This document shows positions 52,442-64,000 of a stretch of DNA of 64,000 nt, piece after piece. Under the pieces are notes generated by a model. That model saw only the letters and a program-made list of their open reading frames with translations, searched no databases and was not told the DNA's origin. Origin of the DNA: Octopus sinensis (taxonomy: Eukaryota); NCBI RefSeq assembly GCF_006345805.1, contig NC_043011.1:49674464-49738463 (forward strand), read 5' to 3'. Within the stretch, counting starts at the first letter, position 1. Each line of letters starts with the position of its first letter. The translations under genes and the position numbers were made by a program.

Positions 52442-53455
52442 CATACTTACATACATACATACATACATATACAGAAGAATGTATCCAGTACGAACTTACA
52501 AAACTCTTTTTCACTCTGTGATTGTTACTACCTGAGCAAATAGCATTGTCTAAAGAGAGTTCAATTTTCTAAAGTGATAGCTTCACTTGCAACGACTCTT
52601 TCGCGAACAGCAGTGAAAATAAAAGTAGTGTAGGGCTTAGTAAAAATCCCTTCAAGATAAGTTTCTATCAACATAGGTATAGATTTAGACATCCGCACTA
52701 TCCAAATATATTTTGAGTTTAATGGATGATAATATTAACAATTATATAATTAGTAAGTCCCGTCTATCACAGACCACGTGCTGCTATACATTAGTGACGT
52801 CTAAAGGTATTATCTATATATTTGCCTAATTTAGCGTTGCATGTGAACACATGAATACGTACATGATCTCTGTAAGCCACAATGGATATGAGAATATATG
52901 ATGCATTTTCAAAGGCTTTTCAGCGATCGCAGCACATTTCAGCAATTAATATTTCAATGTCTTCACAAATATTTAAATTCATATATTGTCATAACGATTG
53001 TTTACTTATAACGTTTCACTAGCAGGCAGACATATTTTTGTCCATATTTGTTTACACTGTAAATAGCTACTAGATTCCATTCTCTCTGTCATCACCACTA
53101 GAATAAATAACCGATCTGAAATTATACAGAGCTGTCAGAGAAAGTCAGCGATAGAAAATTATGTGTTTTAGTCAAAAAGATTATTTTCAATAGCAAACTG
53201 TTGCAAGAAACAACAGAAGGTAAATGTTACGGCTCATTAAGCTTTTCATTCTATCGAGGCCAGGTTGCATCCTGACCATGAAATCTGGATAAACCTCTGC
53301 TGCCTGATCTTGTGCTATTCTTCACGTTGCATCCAATACCTTCCTGGGCAGTTAATATGCCTCAGAGTCAAGATACACTGGATGTCATAAACACATTAGT
53401 CTGACGCGATGTATGCATAATATTTAGAATTGTTAGAAAGTAAAAGAAACCTGTC

Positions 53456-53487
<32 letters not shown>

Positions 53488-53488
<1 letters not shown>

Positions 53489-53812
53489 AAGGCGCGTGGC
53501 TCAGCGGTTAGAGCGTCCGGCTCTCAATCATCAGATAGTGAGTTCGGTTCCACGAACAGATTGTGAGTTGTGTTCTTGAGCAAAATGCATGATTTCACGT
53601 TGCTCCAGTTCACTCAGCTGTAGAAATGAATTTCAACATCACTAGTGCCAAGTTGTATCGGCCTTTGCCTTTCTCTTGGATAACACTGGTGGCGTGGGGA
53701 TGGGAGGATGGTATGCATGAGTGACTGCTGGTCTTCTATAAATAAGGTTGCCCGAGCTTGTGCCTCGGAGGGAAACATTTTAGGTGCAATTCCATGCACG
53801 GATCTCTGGTTA
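53488..53812 (+). mobile_element. tRNA-derived SINE after (TG)n
   Basis: gaaggcgcgtggctcagcggttagagcg..gagttcggttcc; shares the ttgtgttcttgagcaaaa..ttcacgttgctccag core with 25020-25277. Confidence 0.75.
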
Positions 53813-54419
53813 TCTTTTATCACTATTCAAAATGTGTATCACGTTGCAGTCTGGCAAATAATTGCGAGGTTATGAATTTCAGAACGACTTATACAGCGTT
53901 CAAGTTCTTTTATTATTTTATATTATAGTTTTCTGTTACTATTCACAGCTTGTTCAGAAACACAGCGGATTGTTAAGGAGTAGTAAAAAAGTTGAAATTA
54001 TTTCTCTGAAATTCTTTGACCGCAGAGAGAAAAAAGTTATGGCTTCTACTAAACGGTAGCTCTCTCTAAACCCGTATGACAAACGCACAAAAACACACAT
54101 ACACGCACACACACAGACGTGCACAAACGTGCATACACACACACGCACATGTAGATATATTGAGACACAGAAACATTATTCTTTTTACTATTATTTACTA
54201 TTTATTGTACTTTATTGATTTTTAGAATATGTTTTTATAGTATATGTTTTCTATATGTGTGAATAACAACTTTCTATATTGAATTATTTAACAGAGGTTT
54301 TTTTCAATAAATTATATACATATATTATTTATTGTGAAATTTGATTTAAAATTGTTAAATTGAATTTTTCCCTGTAAGTTTTGCAATTATATTCCCTACT
54401 ATTATATATATATATGTAT

Positions 54420-55260
54420 ATGCACAAATTGAGGAAGCAATGTCCCCGTAATGGATTGTCAGAAAACAATCCAGATGCCGACTGGGTTTAACCAAATATA
54501 TTGATAAAAAAAATTCCTCTATATATATGTGTAAACAATCGCATAAATCAAAAAGTCAGTAAAAGAAAATATAGAAGAAAAATTGAAAAGATGCTTGGTT
54601 CATTTTATTTGTATCACAATTGGAAAAATAATACAAATTAAAAGATTAAAAGATATACCGATAATAACAAGTATATAAGGAACCGCATCAACAAAACAAC
54701 CCCCAAATATTCCCCCAAAATATTTACATATGTTTCAATCCAACAATATGTTTGAATTATCAATAGTTATAACTTTTATAGATGTAATAAACTATATATT
54801 GTTGGATATCTTTAGGGAAAATAAGTATATTTTCTGTATTGAATTACGAAAAGACTTATTTGAGGATTATGTTTAGGCATTTTCAAATGTAAACAAACAA
54901 CACAGAGTTCATGTGATTAGAAATTTATCGTTTAAAATTCAGCTAATACTGAACGTCCTAAAAAGTTGTTTATTTACATTTGAAAATTTCCAAACATAGT
55001 TCTGAAATAAGTCATTTCGTAACTCAAGACCTAAAATATACTTATTTTCCTTAAACAACAATATATCGTTTATTACATCTATAAAAGGTATAATTATTGA
55101 TGATTCAAACATATTGTTGGATTGAAATAAGTAGAATTTTTTCTTGTGTGAGTGTGGGATATTTTGGGGTTGTTTTGTTGATGCGGTTCCTTTCATATTT
55201 GTTCTTGTAGTTATAACTTTTCAATCTTTTAATTTGGAATTACTTTTATTGACCTTTTAT
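54420..55260 (-). mobile_element. Fold-back pLTR-like element with decayed long-helix-II HHRs, adjacent to the Penelope relic
   Basis: 54630-54900 is inverted relative to 54965-55240. Reverse complement ttcc-CTAAAGA-tatccaacaatat...atattgttggatt-GAAA-catatg-TA at ~54722-54820. Confidence 0.65.
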
Positions 55261-55499
55261 TATATATATATAATTAGATGAGAAATCGTATGGTAAACAC
55301 CTTGTAGCGTACCGGTAAAGCACGTTCACTGTCACGCTGTTCGTTGAGTATTTAATTAATGAGAGAAACAGAAGATGGAAGATATGACAATGGTTATTGA
55401 TTAATATAGATATTTGCATGTGTGTGTGTGTGTGTATTGAATATAATGAGACAACAAAGCCATAACAGTGTGAAATTTCTAGCACATTTATGAAGAGAG

Positions 55500-56628
55500 A
55501 GGTAGTCTTTAAACGTCGCAGCATACGTGCGGGAATTTAAGAGATAACGTCTCTGGTTCAATGCAAGTTTATCCTGAAGCAGGATGAAGAACTTTTCAGA
55601 GAGGCAAAGATTACATTTCATAGGTTTTCTATAAGCTCCATTTTCATATGGTGGTGTTTTTTCCAAAATCGTCCAGCTGATATTGAAAAGATAGGTATCA
55701 TTCTCCTTCAATTGCCAGACATATCTTGCAAGACTTGTTGCTGTCCTATTCTCGGGGTATCGGAAAGAATTTCGGTAGGAATAAAACCAAGTATTGAATT
55801 AATTTTCCGAACCCCTATGTATGTTTTATATTCTTGTGAGTCATCTATTCGCACTTTAGCTCTATAAAATATTTCTTTTTCAAGACATTTTCCTTCCAGC
55901 GGACATCAAATCTTATCATTGAAATTGTAGTTCTTCTGGTTAAATTTAGCACTATGGATATTTGTAATAATTTTTGTGTTATACTGATTAATAAAAGTTT
56001 TTGCAATAAGAATAACTAACCTTCAGTGTTCTCTATTTAAAATTCTATAGAACTTATGGCTAGAAAATTACTATTTTTAAATCCCACAACATAAGATATT
56101 CAGCAACAGTACTTTGTAGTAAAGATTGTTTGCCAGTATAACATGGCAACATTCGTCCTAAACCAGGACTACCATGATAAGCTGGCAAACAGTCTTTAGT
56201 ATAACTTATGGCTAGTTTGAAAATGTTTAAGAATTTTAAGAATTCCTTCTCAATATTTGTTGTCAAAGCAATATTAAATGCCACATTAAACCACAAACTT
56301 TCTTAGTTCTTGGCCTACGTTGTCTATTATTGCTAGAATTAGTTTGATTATACTGGATCTTCTCCGAGAATCCACTGTTCCTTAATGCATTATTACAATG
56401 CAACGCAGCATTTTGAAATGCTATCTCATCTGAAGATATGGATGATATGCGCCTTACTATATTACTAACTAGGTTCTAAAGAATTACGAGTGGATGATTT
56501 GATTCTGTGTTAATATAACATAGCTTTTCATTGGGCTTACAGTAAGGTTTAAATTTATCTAATTGCAAATCTAAGTTAATATCTAAAAATCTACGTTGTT
56601 AAAGTTACTTTCTATCGTAATCTGTAAT
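55500..56628 (-). pseudogene. Penelope-like retroelement: RT C-terminus plus GIY-YIG endonuclease region, 5'-truncated at (TA)n
   Basis: VDFLDINLDL..FKPYCKPNEKLCYINTESNHP, CPLEGKCLEK, TSLARYVWQLKE and ISWTILEKTPPY..CNLCLSEKFFIL..LNQR. Confidence 0.9.
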
Positions 56629-56666
<38 letters not shown>

Positions 56667-57017
56667 GCAAAACATTCAAACACTGAGACTTGTAATCAGA
56701 TGTCACTACTGTTCATATCATATGTGGATAAATTCTAAAATTGATGATATGACCAGCAGTGGCATAGATGGATCGCAGACGCAATAGTATTAAATAGCTA
56801 TGAATTATAAAGTTGCACGAAGCGCAATGATGCTTAACAAGCATCTACCTGCTAGAAATAAGAGTAAACGTCTTAACTTAATCCACCGTACCGCACCAAG
56901 ATAACAGAGAAAACAGTATGCGTGGAAAACAGAAAGAATTAAAACATTTAACAGCACAAATAAAAATATTACGCAATTAGGGATATATATATACATACAT
57001 TATATATATGTGTGTGT

Positions 57018-57051
<34 letters not shown>

Positions 57052-57705
57052 CACTCGAGTAATAGTCGATCTCATGCAAAGGTCGACAACCTATTTTTGA
57101 CCAAAAATTCGGGAATTTCCCGTAGACTCTATATAAAATTCGACCCTGATATGTCATGAACAACAAGACACATTTGTGTGTAATGATACCGTATTATTCT
57201 GTACATAGAAGTAATATTGTTACAAAACTGTGTTGCTACCTTACTGTAGCCTGCTCTATAGGTGGAATTCTTGGTGCTTATAATGCTCGGTGCATATAGT
57301 AAAACACGATTTAATAGCGAAAACTACACATGTGTTGATGAGTGTTACATCACCATTACAAAAGTGTATGCACAAGTCATACACTCGTTGTTTACATGGT
57401 GAGAAACGTGTTTCACAGACATCGCTATTGGCGAACACTGGCAAACGCCACTGTCTGAATTCGTACAAAAGCATGGCTTTGGTAAGCCTAAAAACATTCA
57501 ATTAATATATAGATCAGTGGTTTCCATGCGACCTTTGCTCATGTCCAAATATAAGAAACACGTATGTCATACGCTCGTCTTTTTACATGGCGAGAAACGT
57601 ATTTCACAGACAGCAAATTGACAAACAACAGCAAACTCTACTGTATGAGTTCATATAGAGACATGACTTCGGTAAGCCTACATACACTTAGTTAATCGCT
57701 AAATC

Positions 57706-57828
57706 AGTGGTTCGCAAACTTTGTTTTTGCCACGGAATACTTCGACATTATTTTGAAAAACTTGGAAGCCCTGATAACTTTTAAGGAACCCTGGGGATTT
57801 GCAGAACAAACTTTGGGAATCCGTTTTC
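57706..57828. mobile_element. Small hAT/Charlie-like MITE
   Basis: cagtggttcgcaaactt ... actttgggaatccgtt form degenerate TIRs. Confidence 0.4.
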
Positions 57829-58361
57829 CAGATTAACAACTTTACACCATATTATGAACATTTATGCAACTTCATATGATATCCTACAACATTTTTTTAA
57901 AAAGAGAAAGGGTAGATATTTATAAGAGCTACGCAGCCTTGTTTATGGACGTGTGATTTGATGCACTGAATTGATGATATTACTGTAATTCAGTGTAGTT
58001 TTGGTTTTATTCGCTTAGAGATCAGCTGGGATTCTGCTGCTGATACAGTACTTCGGATTCTAGCTTGAATTTCAGCCCCTCAAAAGTAGAATCCATGTAA
58101 TAGTCGACTCCATAAAAAAATATATATAATAACAGTTTAGCTAAGTATAAAATATACCTAAGGGATATTAAATATCCGAAGAATTTACTGGTTTATATTA
58201 CCTACATCAATAAAAATGTTACGCCAGTAGGTAAATAAAATAGACATACAGTTTATTAATATATAAATATAAATCAGAAATGGAAACCAAAACAATAAAT
58301 TGAACAATTATAAATTCAATTCAATTTAAATATGTTATACAAATAAATGATACATCTCATA

Positions 58362-58450
58362 AATTACATCTGTCTTCGCTTCATTAATAAAACGAAGTTT
58401 TTCAGGAATAATCCAATCCGTTTAAATATGTAATGATGCTTCATCAGATT
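58362..58450 (-). ncRNA. Decayed hammerhead with long helix II
   Basis: Reverse complement aat-CTGATGA-agcatcatta...taatgaagc-GAAGA-cagatg-TA-att. Confidence 0.5.
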
Positions 58451-58757
58451 GACATACCTTCTTAAATATTTGACGAAAGATATCAAATGAAAATATTTAT
58501 AATTTCTAAACCTTTACAAAGGCACTATAAAAGGGCGAGCTTAATAATAAGTAAATAATCTAACTGATATTTTGCAAATTAATAACTTTAAATCTATAAA
58601 TATTCTGTTCTATAACCGATTTATTTGCACAATACAGACGTTTCTATATACACATATATATATATATATACTTATATATACACACTAAAAACATTCAATG
58701 CATACATAATCATGTACGTATACACAGATGCATATACACATACACAAGTTTAGTTAT

Positions 58758-58838
58758 TCATCTGAAGAAGGCACTGTATTTAAATTAATGTAATGCATGC
58801 ATTGTTCAATTAAATGGAGACGATTGAAACTGGTATTG
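58758..58838 (+). ncRNA. Decayed hammerhead, same family as 61557-61643
   Basis: cat-CTGAAGA-..atttaaattaatgtaatgcatgcattgttcaattaaatggagac..-GAAA-ctgg-TA-ttg. Confidence 0.55.
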
Positions 58839-58994
58839 TATCAATACCTGACACCCTGTTATTTTATTTTATTCACCTTACTTCGAGTTGTGCGGATCAG
58901 ACCGTACTGACTTGGTACTTCGAGTTGTGCGGATCAGACCGTACTGACTTGGTGCTTCAACTTATGTACCTAATTTAACTGAATCTTAATTATG

Positions 58995-59025
<31 letters not shown>

Positions 59026-59085
59026 ATATGTACAAACCCACACGCATAATATAGATATATATATACACATATATATATATATATG

Positions 59086-59117
<32 letters not shown>

Positions 59118-59118
59118 C

Positions 59119-59173
<55 letters not shown>

Positions 59174-59198
59174 CATAAATAAATATATAAATAAATAT

Positions 59199-59492
59199 GT
59201 GGAGGTGCAATGGCCCAGTGGTTAGGGCAGCGGACTCGCGGTCATAGGATCACGGTTTCGATTCCTAGACTAGGCATTGTGAGTGTTTATTGAGCGAAAA
59301 CACCTAAAGCTCCACGAGGCTCCGGCAGTGGGTGGTGGCAATCCCTGCTGTACTCTTTCGCCGCAACTTTCTCTCACTCTTTCTTCTGTTGGCCTGCTCG
59401 CTTAGCCAGAGGGTGGCGACATTTAAAGGCTAAAACAATGCGAAACGCATTGTGACCAGCGATGCGTAGCAACATCTGATAGCCTATTCAGT
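59199..59492 (+). mobile_element. tRNA-derived SINE (22437 head, different 3' tail)
   Basis: The first ~185 nt match 22437-22630, then the sequence diverges. Confidence 0.8.
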
Positions 59493-59970
59493 GATAAATA
59501 AATATATATGTCTGTCTGTATGTATGTGTGTTAATGTATATATGCATGTATTCTTATGTATATCTACGTATGTGAACGTACGCACATTCATGCAAACTGA
59601 CAAACACACTCACGTACACACAGTATCTTGAGATATATTTTACTTTACACTCAGCTCCTAAATTGACTTCGTTTTCAATTTATTTTTAAAATGAATTTCC
59701 TTTCTTTTTACACTTTCAAAATTATTTATTAATTCATGCTTATGAAAATGTATATTTTAAAATCTTATTTCTTGAGAGATATTTATCATATTCTAATAAC
59801 GATAACGAAGTTTTACATACATACGATATTTTCATCACAATTATACACTTACATACACACATATGTATATATAGAGAAAGAGATGCACCTAAATATATAT
59901 GCATAGATGAATGTATATATATATATAATGTATATATATATGTATATATATGTATATATATATGTGTATG

Positions 59971-60026
<56 letters not shown>

Positions 60027-60029
<3 letters not shown>

Positions 60030-61200
60030 CTTTCATGACTTTCTGAAGAATAGAAGTCAGGTGGTAGCAGCCAATGGGGCCACTTCCATTAGCACGCAAA
60101 TAGTGAGCGGTGTCCCGCAGGGCACTGTTTTGGGACCACTACTGTTCCTAATGGCACTCTCAGACATGCCCTCAGCCACGCAGAGAGCCACGATCACAAG
60201 TTATGCAGATGATACAAAAGTTTCACAGGCAATACAGAACCCTGAAGACACTAAGCACCTGCAATGTGAGCTGGACGAAATATACAAGTGGACTGAAAAG
60301 AATAGCATGCAGTTCAATGCTGAAAAGTTTCAAGCTTTATACTATCAGCATGCAAAACTGAATGCAATACCTAATGAATACATTGGACCCGGAGGGATTG
60401 CAATCCCAGAGGCACAATCAGTGCGTGACCTGGGTATTCACATGAGTGATGACGCGACCTTTCATGTACATGTTGCTAAACTGACAATGAAATGTAGACG
60501 GCTGACTGGATGGATTCTTAGAACCTTTAGAACAAGAGAACAAGAAACCATGATGGTCCTCTGGAAGACACTTGTCCTAAGCCACTTTGACTATTGCTCT
60601 CAGCTATGGTCACCATCCAGTGTCAAGTTGATCACAGAACTTGAGGCGATCCAACGAAGCTACACGAAGAAGATAGCCTCTGTGCAGCATATGAGCTACT
60701 GGGAGAGACTCAAGAGATTAAAGCTCTATTCCCTGGAGCGTAGGCGAGAAAGATATGCCATAATATATATCTGGAAGATCCTGGAAGGTCTTGACCCAGA
60801 CTTTGGCATCGAGAGTCACACAAATGCCAGAACCGGACGCCACTGCGTAGTACCAAGGACTCCAAATTTGCCATCAAGATGTAGGACAAGATATTGTGAT
60901 AGCCTGGGCTTCAGAGCCCCACGGCTCTTCAATATCCTCCCGAAGAACCTGAGGACCTGCATGGTGTGGATGCGGATGTCTTTAAAGTAGGACTGGATCT
61001 CTTCCTGTCAGGTGTCCCGGATGAACCAACTTCACGGCAGGAGGCGCAGATGAGGGCAGCTGCATCGAACTCTCTCATGCATCAGATGGCGTTTGCTAAA
61101 AAGCATCCGTGAGGTAAAACCGTGTAGCAACCAAATGGCGGTGCCCCAGCATGGCCACGGCTCATTAGCTGAAACTGGAAAATCAAAATCAAAATCAAAT
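60027..61200 (+). mobile_element. CR1-clade LINE, 5'-truncated, RT domain open over ~310 codons, inserted in (TA)n
   Basis: [48 protein letters not shown] and LYSLERRRER; (AAAATC)n tail. Confidence 0.93.
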
Positions 61201-61204
61201 CCAA

Positions 61205-61264
<60 letters not shown>

Positions 61265-61556
61265 CAGTTATACACGTACGTGCATTGTATTCAAGTGTGT
61301 GTGTGTATGCCTCATAAAGTATATGAATGCAAAAAGATAGTAACTAAGAAAGGGCAATTTTTCAAACACGCATTTAGTTTAACGCTTAAAGAAAATAACG
61401 AGTCGACGTTTTGGATGTCTGTCCTTCATCACAAGAAAGATAAAGAACAAAAGTACAGTAGAGCGATTATATGTATATATAGGTTTACATGAATCATTGT
61501 TTGATTATATATATATATATATAATCAAAATACGCAACAAGGATATCCAGAGGTAA

Positions 61557-61643
61557 TGCAGTACGATCGTTTCATGCGACTCCATTTAATTGAAGAATGC
61601 AAACATTACATGAATTTAAAATGTAGAGCAATCTTCAGCTGCA
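61557..61643 (-). ncRNA. Type I hammerhead ribozyme with long helix II
   Basis: Reverse complement tgcag-CTGAAGA-ttgctc...gagtcgcat-GAAA-cgatcg-TA-ctgca. The core is intact, helix I is 5 bp, and helix III is palindromic. It lies ~35 nt from (TA)n. Confidence 0.8.
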
Positions 61644-62213
61644 CAAAAATATAGAATTTAATTAAATTCGAAGAACTCATTAGTATAATTTTATCCAAAA
61701 TCACTAAGAGGATAAGGAGATAGACAAACAACCTGTTTTACCAACAACATCACAGTTGTAACTGAAAGTTTGCAAAATAAGTCATTGCTTTTCACTGATT
61801 ATTTCTGTTATTTAGATTTAATTATGGGGGGGGGGGGGGCAGTTTTAAAATTAATTTTCCTTTATTAATACCAGTAAATACCATTTATCAATAATTATAA
61901 ATATATGTTAAGTTAGTATTTAAATATATAAATATTGAACTATTTCTATATTTTCTGTCTATCTATTGTGTGAAATTTTGATATATATTGAAAGTATTCA
62001 TAAATATTCTTCTTAGAATTCTTTAGATTAACTCTAAAATTTATCTGTGTATATATAAATAACAACATTGATTTTATAGTAGGTAAATGAACTACTATAT
62101 GATAAGACTTTCCCTGTCCCATAAGCATTGGTCTACTTAATAACAGCCAACATCTTGTTTGCAGTATCTTCTTACTGAACCAAATAGCTTGTGGTTGTAA
62201 GTCGACGACGACT

Positions 62214-62246
<33 letters not shown>

Positions 62247-62250
<4 letters not shown>

Positions 62251-62640
62251 TTATAATAATAAGGGTTTTTTTGCAACAAGTTGCTTAACCACATACCGAA
62301 AATTTTAGAAATAGCAGTCAAAAGACTACTATTTCCTTTTACTACAAAAATAAGTCTCCATAAACAACAATATTTGTAACTCATATATGGCAAAAAAATA
62401 AGAAAAATTATGAAAACACACAGTCTTCGGTTAATTGTGGAGACTTATTTTTGTAGTAAAAGTAAATAGTAGTCTTTTGACTGCTATTTCTAAAATTTTC
62501 GGTATGTGGTTAAGCAGCTTGTTACAAAAAACCCTTATTATTATAAGTATATAAATTTTTACCGAATATTGTCCTTTTCCATACCGAAATACTACTAGGT
62601 GAAATTTGTTGATTTTATTAAATTATTTATATTTCACCCT
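62247..62640 (+). mobile_element. Fold-back element related to array B (inverted ~115 bp arms plus ~90 bp tail), no HHR retained
   Basis: 62247-62360 is inverted relative to 62438-62550. It shares ccacataccgaa..ttagaaatagcagtcaa and agggtgaaat..cacc.agtagt..ttcgg.atg with the 15593 unit. Confidence 0.8.
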
Positions 62641-62641
62641 A

Positions 62642-62678
<37 letters not shown>

Positions 62679-62706
62679 ATCTATCTATCTATCTATCCAT
62701 CTATCC

Positions 62707-62753
<47 letters not shown>

Positions 62754-62768
62754 CATCTATCTATCTAT

Positions 62769-62849
<81 letters not shown>

Positions 62850-63070
62850 CTGTCTTGCTCAAGGACACAACGTGCTGCCGGTAATTGAACTCATGACCTT
62901 ACGATTGTGAGCCAAATACCCATAACCACTAAGCCACAACTCTTCGTAAGTCTTACAAACGGAGTCAAATATAATGTTTTTTTTATAAAGATTCAAATAC
63001 GTATTGCAAAAGTGGTGAAAAATTAATGCGATGAAATATACAGATATTGGCCAATATATATATAGGTGTG

Positions 63071-63118
<48 letters not shown>

Positions 63119-63251
63119 TGTATGTGTGTGTGTGTGTGTGTGTAATATATATCGATAATATCGTAAGATATTTTAAACATTTAAACCTTTTAAATAATAA
63201 TACTTTATATATTTATACTCTATCTATTGATACAATATATGAATAATATAC

Positions 63252-63320
<69 letters not shown>

Positions 63321-63588
63321 TGTATGTATGTATGTATGTATGTATGCATATATACATACATAGATGTACATGCATATATATGTATATAGATATGCATATA
63401 TGGGTACAGGACGTCACAAAACGTAAACAAGATGAAATAAATAAAGTTGGGTACGCAGACAACAAGAGAAACAAATCGAAAACAAGACAAGTAACCTTCA
63501 TCAGTTGTCGGCAGTCCTTCTACCCCATATTTCGAGCATTGAACGACAATATAAGGCTTTGAAAGCATACGCATCTATTTCCAAGAAA

Positions 63589-63630
<42 letters not shown>

Positions 63631-64000
63631 CAGCTACTAATTTGAGTACTCACACACACATTTATATATATATGTATGTGTGTGCGTCTGTGTGTTAACA
63701 GGGCAAATTGGGCTATTTTTCCTTCGATTGAGAAAATGATGAGCAACCTTAATCGATTTTCAAATCAATTTGACCAATACCAAAGAAACAGCCAGCCAAT
63801 CTATTCATGTACTCAACAATTACAGTTGCTACAGAAAACAGGAATTTCTAATTTGCATATAAGGTTTTTACCGGGAATTTTGAGACGTTTTTAAAGTCGT
63901 AAATAATTGTAATTTTAGCATATCTTTACTAGAATCTAATCAGCTGAACTGCCAAACGTTCTTATTCCAGATTGAAAGAGACGGCAGTAACAGCAGTTTA

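Noticed and set aside
52520-52620. Possible hAT dimerisation-domain remnant on the minus strand
   Set aside because: Only a few residues resemble the motif; too decayed to support.
63490-63540. Minus-strand CTGATGA with an upstream GAAA
   Set aside because: The order and pairings do not build a complete hammerhead by eye. It is possibly a decayed PLE terminus but is unsupported.

Overview
Eukaryotic, AT-rich, extremely microsatellite-rich and repeat-dominated DNA with no recognisable host gene exon. It is probably intergenic or intronic. The SINE and microsatellite style suggests an octopus or other cephalopod genome (inference). Most ORFs in the track are microsatellite artefacts. The real coding remnants all come from transposons: two mariner and two other Tc1/mariner-superfamily relics, a Helitron RepHel N-terminus plus non-autonomous Helitrons, a Tx1 (L1-clade) LINE, CR1 and RTE LINEs, and two Penelope-like (PLE) RT/GIY-YIG relics. 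Several tRNA-derived SINE families are also present. The main hidden signal is non-coding. About 17 type-I hammerhead ribozyme (HHR) motifs (CUGANGA - helix II - GAAA - short, often palindromic helix III - UH), intact or decayed and from several sequence families, sit in ORF-less elements embedded in (TA)n. These are arranged either as head-to-tail ~550-600 bp arrays (retrozyme-like) or as fold-back inverted repeats with an unpaired tail (Penelope pLTR-like). Several have unusually long helix II. A second signal is a Tx1 family found four times, always inside (ATCT)n. Frequent 1-nt indels between near-identical copies suggest residual long-read error, so some frameshifts may be artefacts. All motifs and pairings were read by eye.
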